DNA of 64,000 bases, from positions 40,486,001-40,550,000 of the forward strand of contig OZ024747.1 in assembly GCA_964016885.1 (NCBI GenBank). Direction: 5' to 3'. Both the position numbers and the translations under genes were made by a program. The stretch's first letter is position 1. Each line of letters starts with the position of its first letter. Source of the DNA: Eledone cirrhosa. Lineage: Eukaryota. The notes below the pieces were generated by a model. The model was not told the origin of the DNA and searched no databases. It saw only the letters and a program-made list of their open reading frames with translations. Below are positions 62,166 through 64,000 of the stretch, one piece after another.

Positions 62166-63517
62166 AAATTTGATATTTTTTTAAACATTTCAACAGGAAC
62201 ATTTATTTTCGATGAACCATTGCCCTTTTTTTTTTCATCGTTTTCTTCATCGTTCAAGTTTTTTTTTTTTTTACCAAAGTTCACACCAATAATTATACTG
62301 AGTGAAGCCTTTCTTTTTCATCATTGTCACTTTCACACTTGCACTATCATTTTCTCGCGCGTTAGAAATATTATTTTTTCAACCTAATTTAACCTTGTAT
62401 TGGCACGTGTAGGCAGCACAAATTCTCGACTCACAGAGATATCTCGACTCACAGAGATAGCCGCACGCCAGAGATAACGTTTCTCGCCAAGGATTCTTCA
62501 GCCTTAAGCTATATTCTCCTATTTGCCGGTTTAAAAATTTACCACGTAAATTTGCCGTTGAAAACTGCGCATTTATTCAGAATGCTTATTTCTTTGGTCG
62601 CTGACCTCTTGACCCTTCCAGGTCAACGCATTCTCAACATCGACCATCAACTTCGGCTGTTATTTCTAGCACTTTGCGCAACTCATTTTTTCTGAAAAAA
62701 ATTTTTTTTTACTGTGAATTTAAACACCGAATACGCTCACTCAGCGAGACATCAACAGCAACACAGCTTCACCAACAACCAAAACCAGCAGAACAAGCCA
62801 GAGAATTTATTTTTGCAGCACTCTTCCTGTGAGAAAATCCATTCGGAGGTTGGAAATTTCACGATATACCACAGACCAGAAACCACCTGCATTCATTCTC
62901 TGGAACACACTTTCTTTCCTGCTGTCATGTGATTGCACACATGTGAGCTATATTTTGTACATTTGAACTTTGAGCTCTTCTCTTACTTTATTACATTGTA
63001 TCTTTGGGTGATGGATAGATAGATGTCTAGTCGTTCTCTGGCCAAGAGCGGTTGGCTACCTTGACTTCTATCATTGATTTTTTCAAACATTATTTTTTTT
63101 TCGTAATTTTCATGCCTGTTACAACATTCTCGCCAACCTGCTACATACATATTTCATTCGATTTTTATATTCTAAAATTCTGGCGGGAGGTTATGTAGCA
63201 GGAGTCACGCTCTCTAGACGGGACGTAGTTGGAGTTGCTTCCCGTTGGGGTGATAGAACCCTTTTTATCACTTCCGGCAGAGCCCTATAAAACGAATAGC
63301 TCTCGGCTCTCTCCCTCTCATTTGCCCTTCCGGCGCCTGGCCTTAGCCAGGCGTCTCGCGTTTGCCTGGCAATCAAAACGGTAACTACTAACTTTGCTTC
63401 ATTCTTTCATCTATTTCATTGACATGTCAACTATACTGTTAGATTGTTAATTAAATATTATACACACATGTCTATGTCTCCTTGTTACATTCATACACAC
63501 CCAGTATCCTCCCTATA
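61536..63517 (+). mobile_element. Non-autonomous LTR retrotransposon (LTRs 61536-61859 and 63194-63517)
   Basis: 324-bp LTRs with one visible mismatch; TSD ATAC; PBS TGGTAACCCTGACGTGAT (tRNA-Trp-like) at 61861-61878; PPT GGCGGGAGG; no gag/pol ORF. Confidence 0.92.
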
Positions 63518-63907
63518 ATACCATCATATATAACTAAAATAGAAAAAAAGAGTGCTGACCTACGAAAAAACATAGGACATGTGACAATGCTCCTTACATG
63601 CAAACAAACACAAAAAAACCTCACTCCTCACCAACAAAGAGTGAAAAATAAAATAGAGACGATGTTTGGTAACAGTCGGACCAGAACTCTTCAATATAAG
63701 CTGATCACCCTCAAACAAGAATTGAGAGCTGTTAGCGAAAAACGCCGATACCTGAAGAAGGTAGATGGGAGAAAAATGCTTAATAAAAGATTCAGACGAA
63801 ACCAAACATCAGTCTATAGAGATATGAAGGGCAAAATAATAAGTGTCACTGAGGGCCCATCCCAGAAAGACATAGATTCCTTTTGGAGAAAAATATGGGG
63901 TGAAAAG

Positions 63908-64000
63908 TGTGGTTAGAAAAAGCTATCTGACTTACCGCTTTTCATAGGCGCCGCTAAATTCCACTGCTGGTCTCTCCTCTTCCACGTGCGTCCAACTGCT
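63908..64000. mobile_element. Start of another insertion into R4 copy C (begins TG; possibly an LTR)
   Basis: Similarity to copy B stops abruptly after gaaaag. Confidence 0.35.

Larger units (their letters stand above)
60253..63907 (+). mobile_element. R4/Dong-like LINE copy C, 5' part, interrupted by a SINE and an LTR element
   Basis: Colinear with 29633-31540; follows (ATAC)n. Confidence 0.8.

Overview
Eukaryotic, AT-rich, microsatellite-rich animal DNA; the SINE/LINE repertoire looks like an octopus (inferred). Bases 1-23.5 kb carry five minus-strand, phase-compatible GT-AG exons of an axonemal dynein heavy chain (DNAH5/DNAH8-like). Its introns contain SINEs, RTE LINE fragments, Helitrons, MITEs and a 1.4-kb cluster of type I hammerhead ribozyme motifs inside inverted repeats (Penelope-like); two of these motifs are on the dynein sense strand. 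From about 28.7 kb onward is a nested transposon island. An R4/Dong-like RLE LINE is split between two RT codons by a 24.1-kb Helitron-bounded insert. That insert contains a 200-N gap and a near-intact RTE LINE with three C2H2 fingers, whose 3' UTR holds a head-to-tail array of three full-length, nearly identical Tx1/L1-clade LINEs at (ATT)n. After it come an RTE-derived bipartite non-autonomous element, an inverted 5'-truncated RTE copy, and another R4-like copy holding a young non-coding LTR element (TG...TA LTRs, tRNA-Trp PBS). All homology calls are by eye from motifs; no searches were run.
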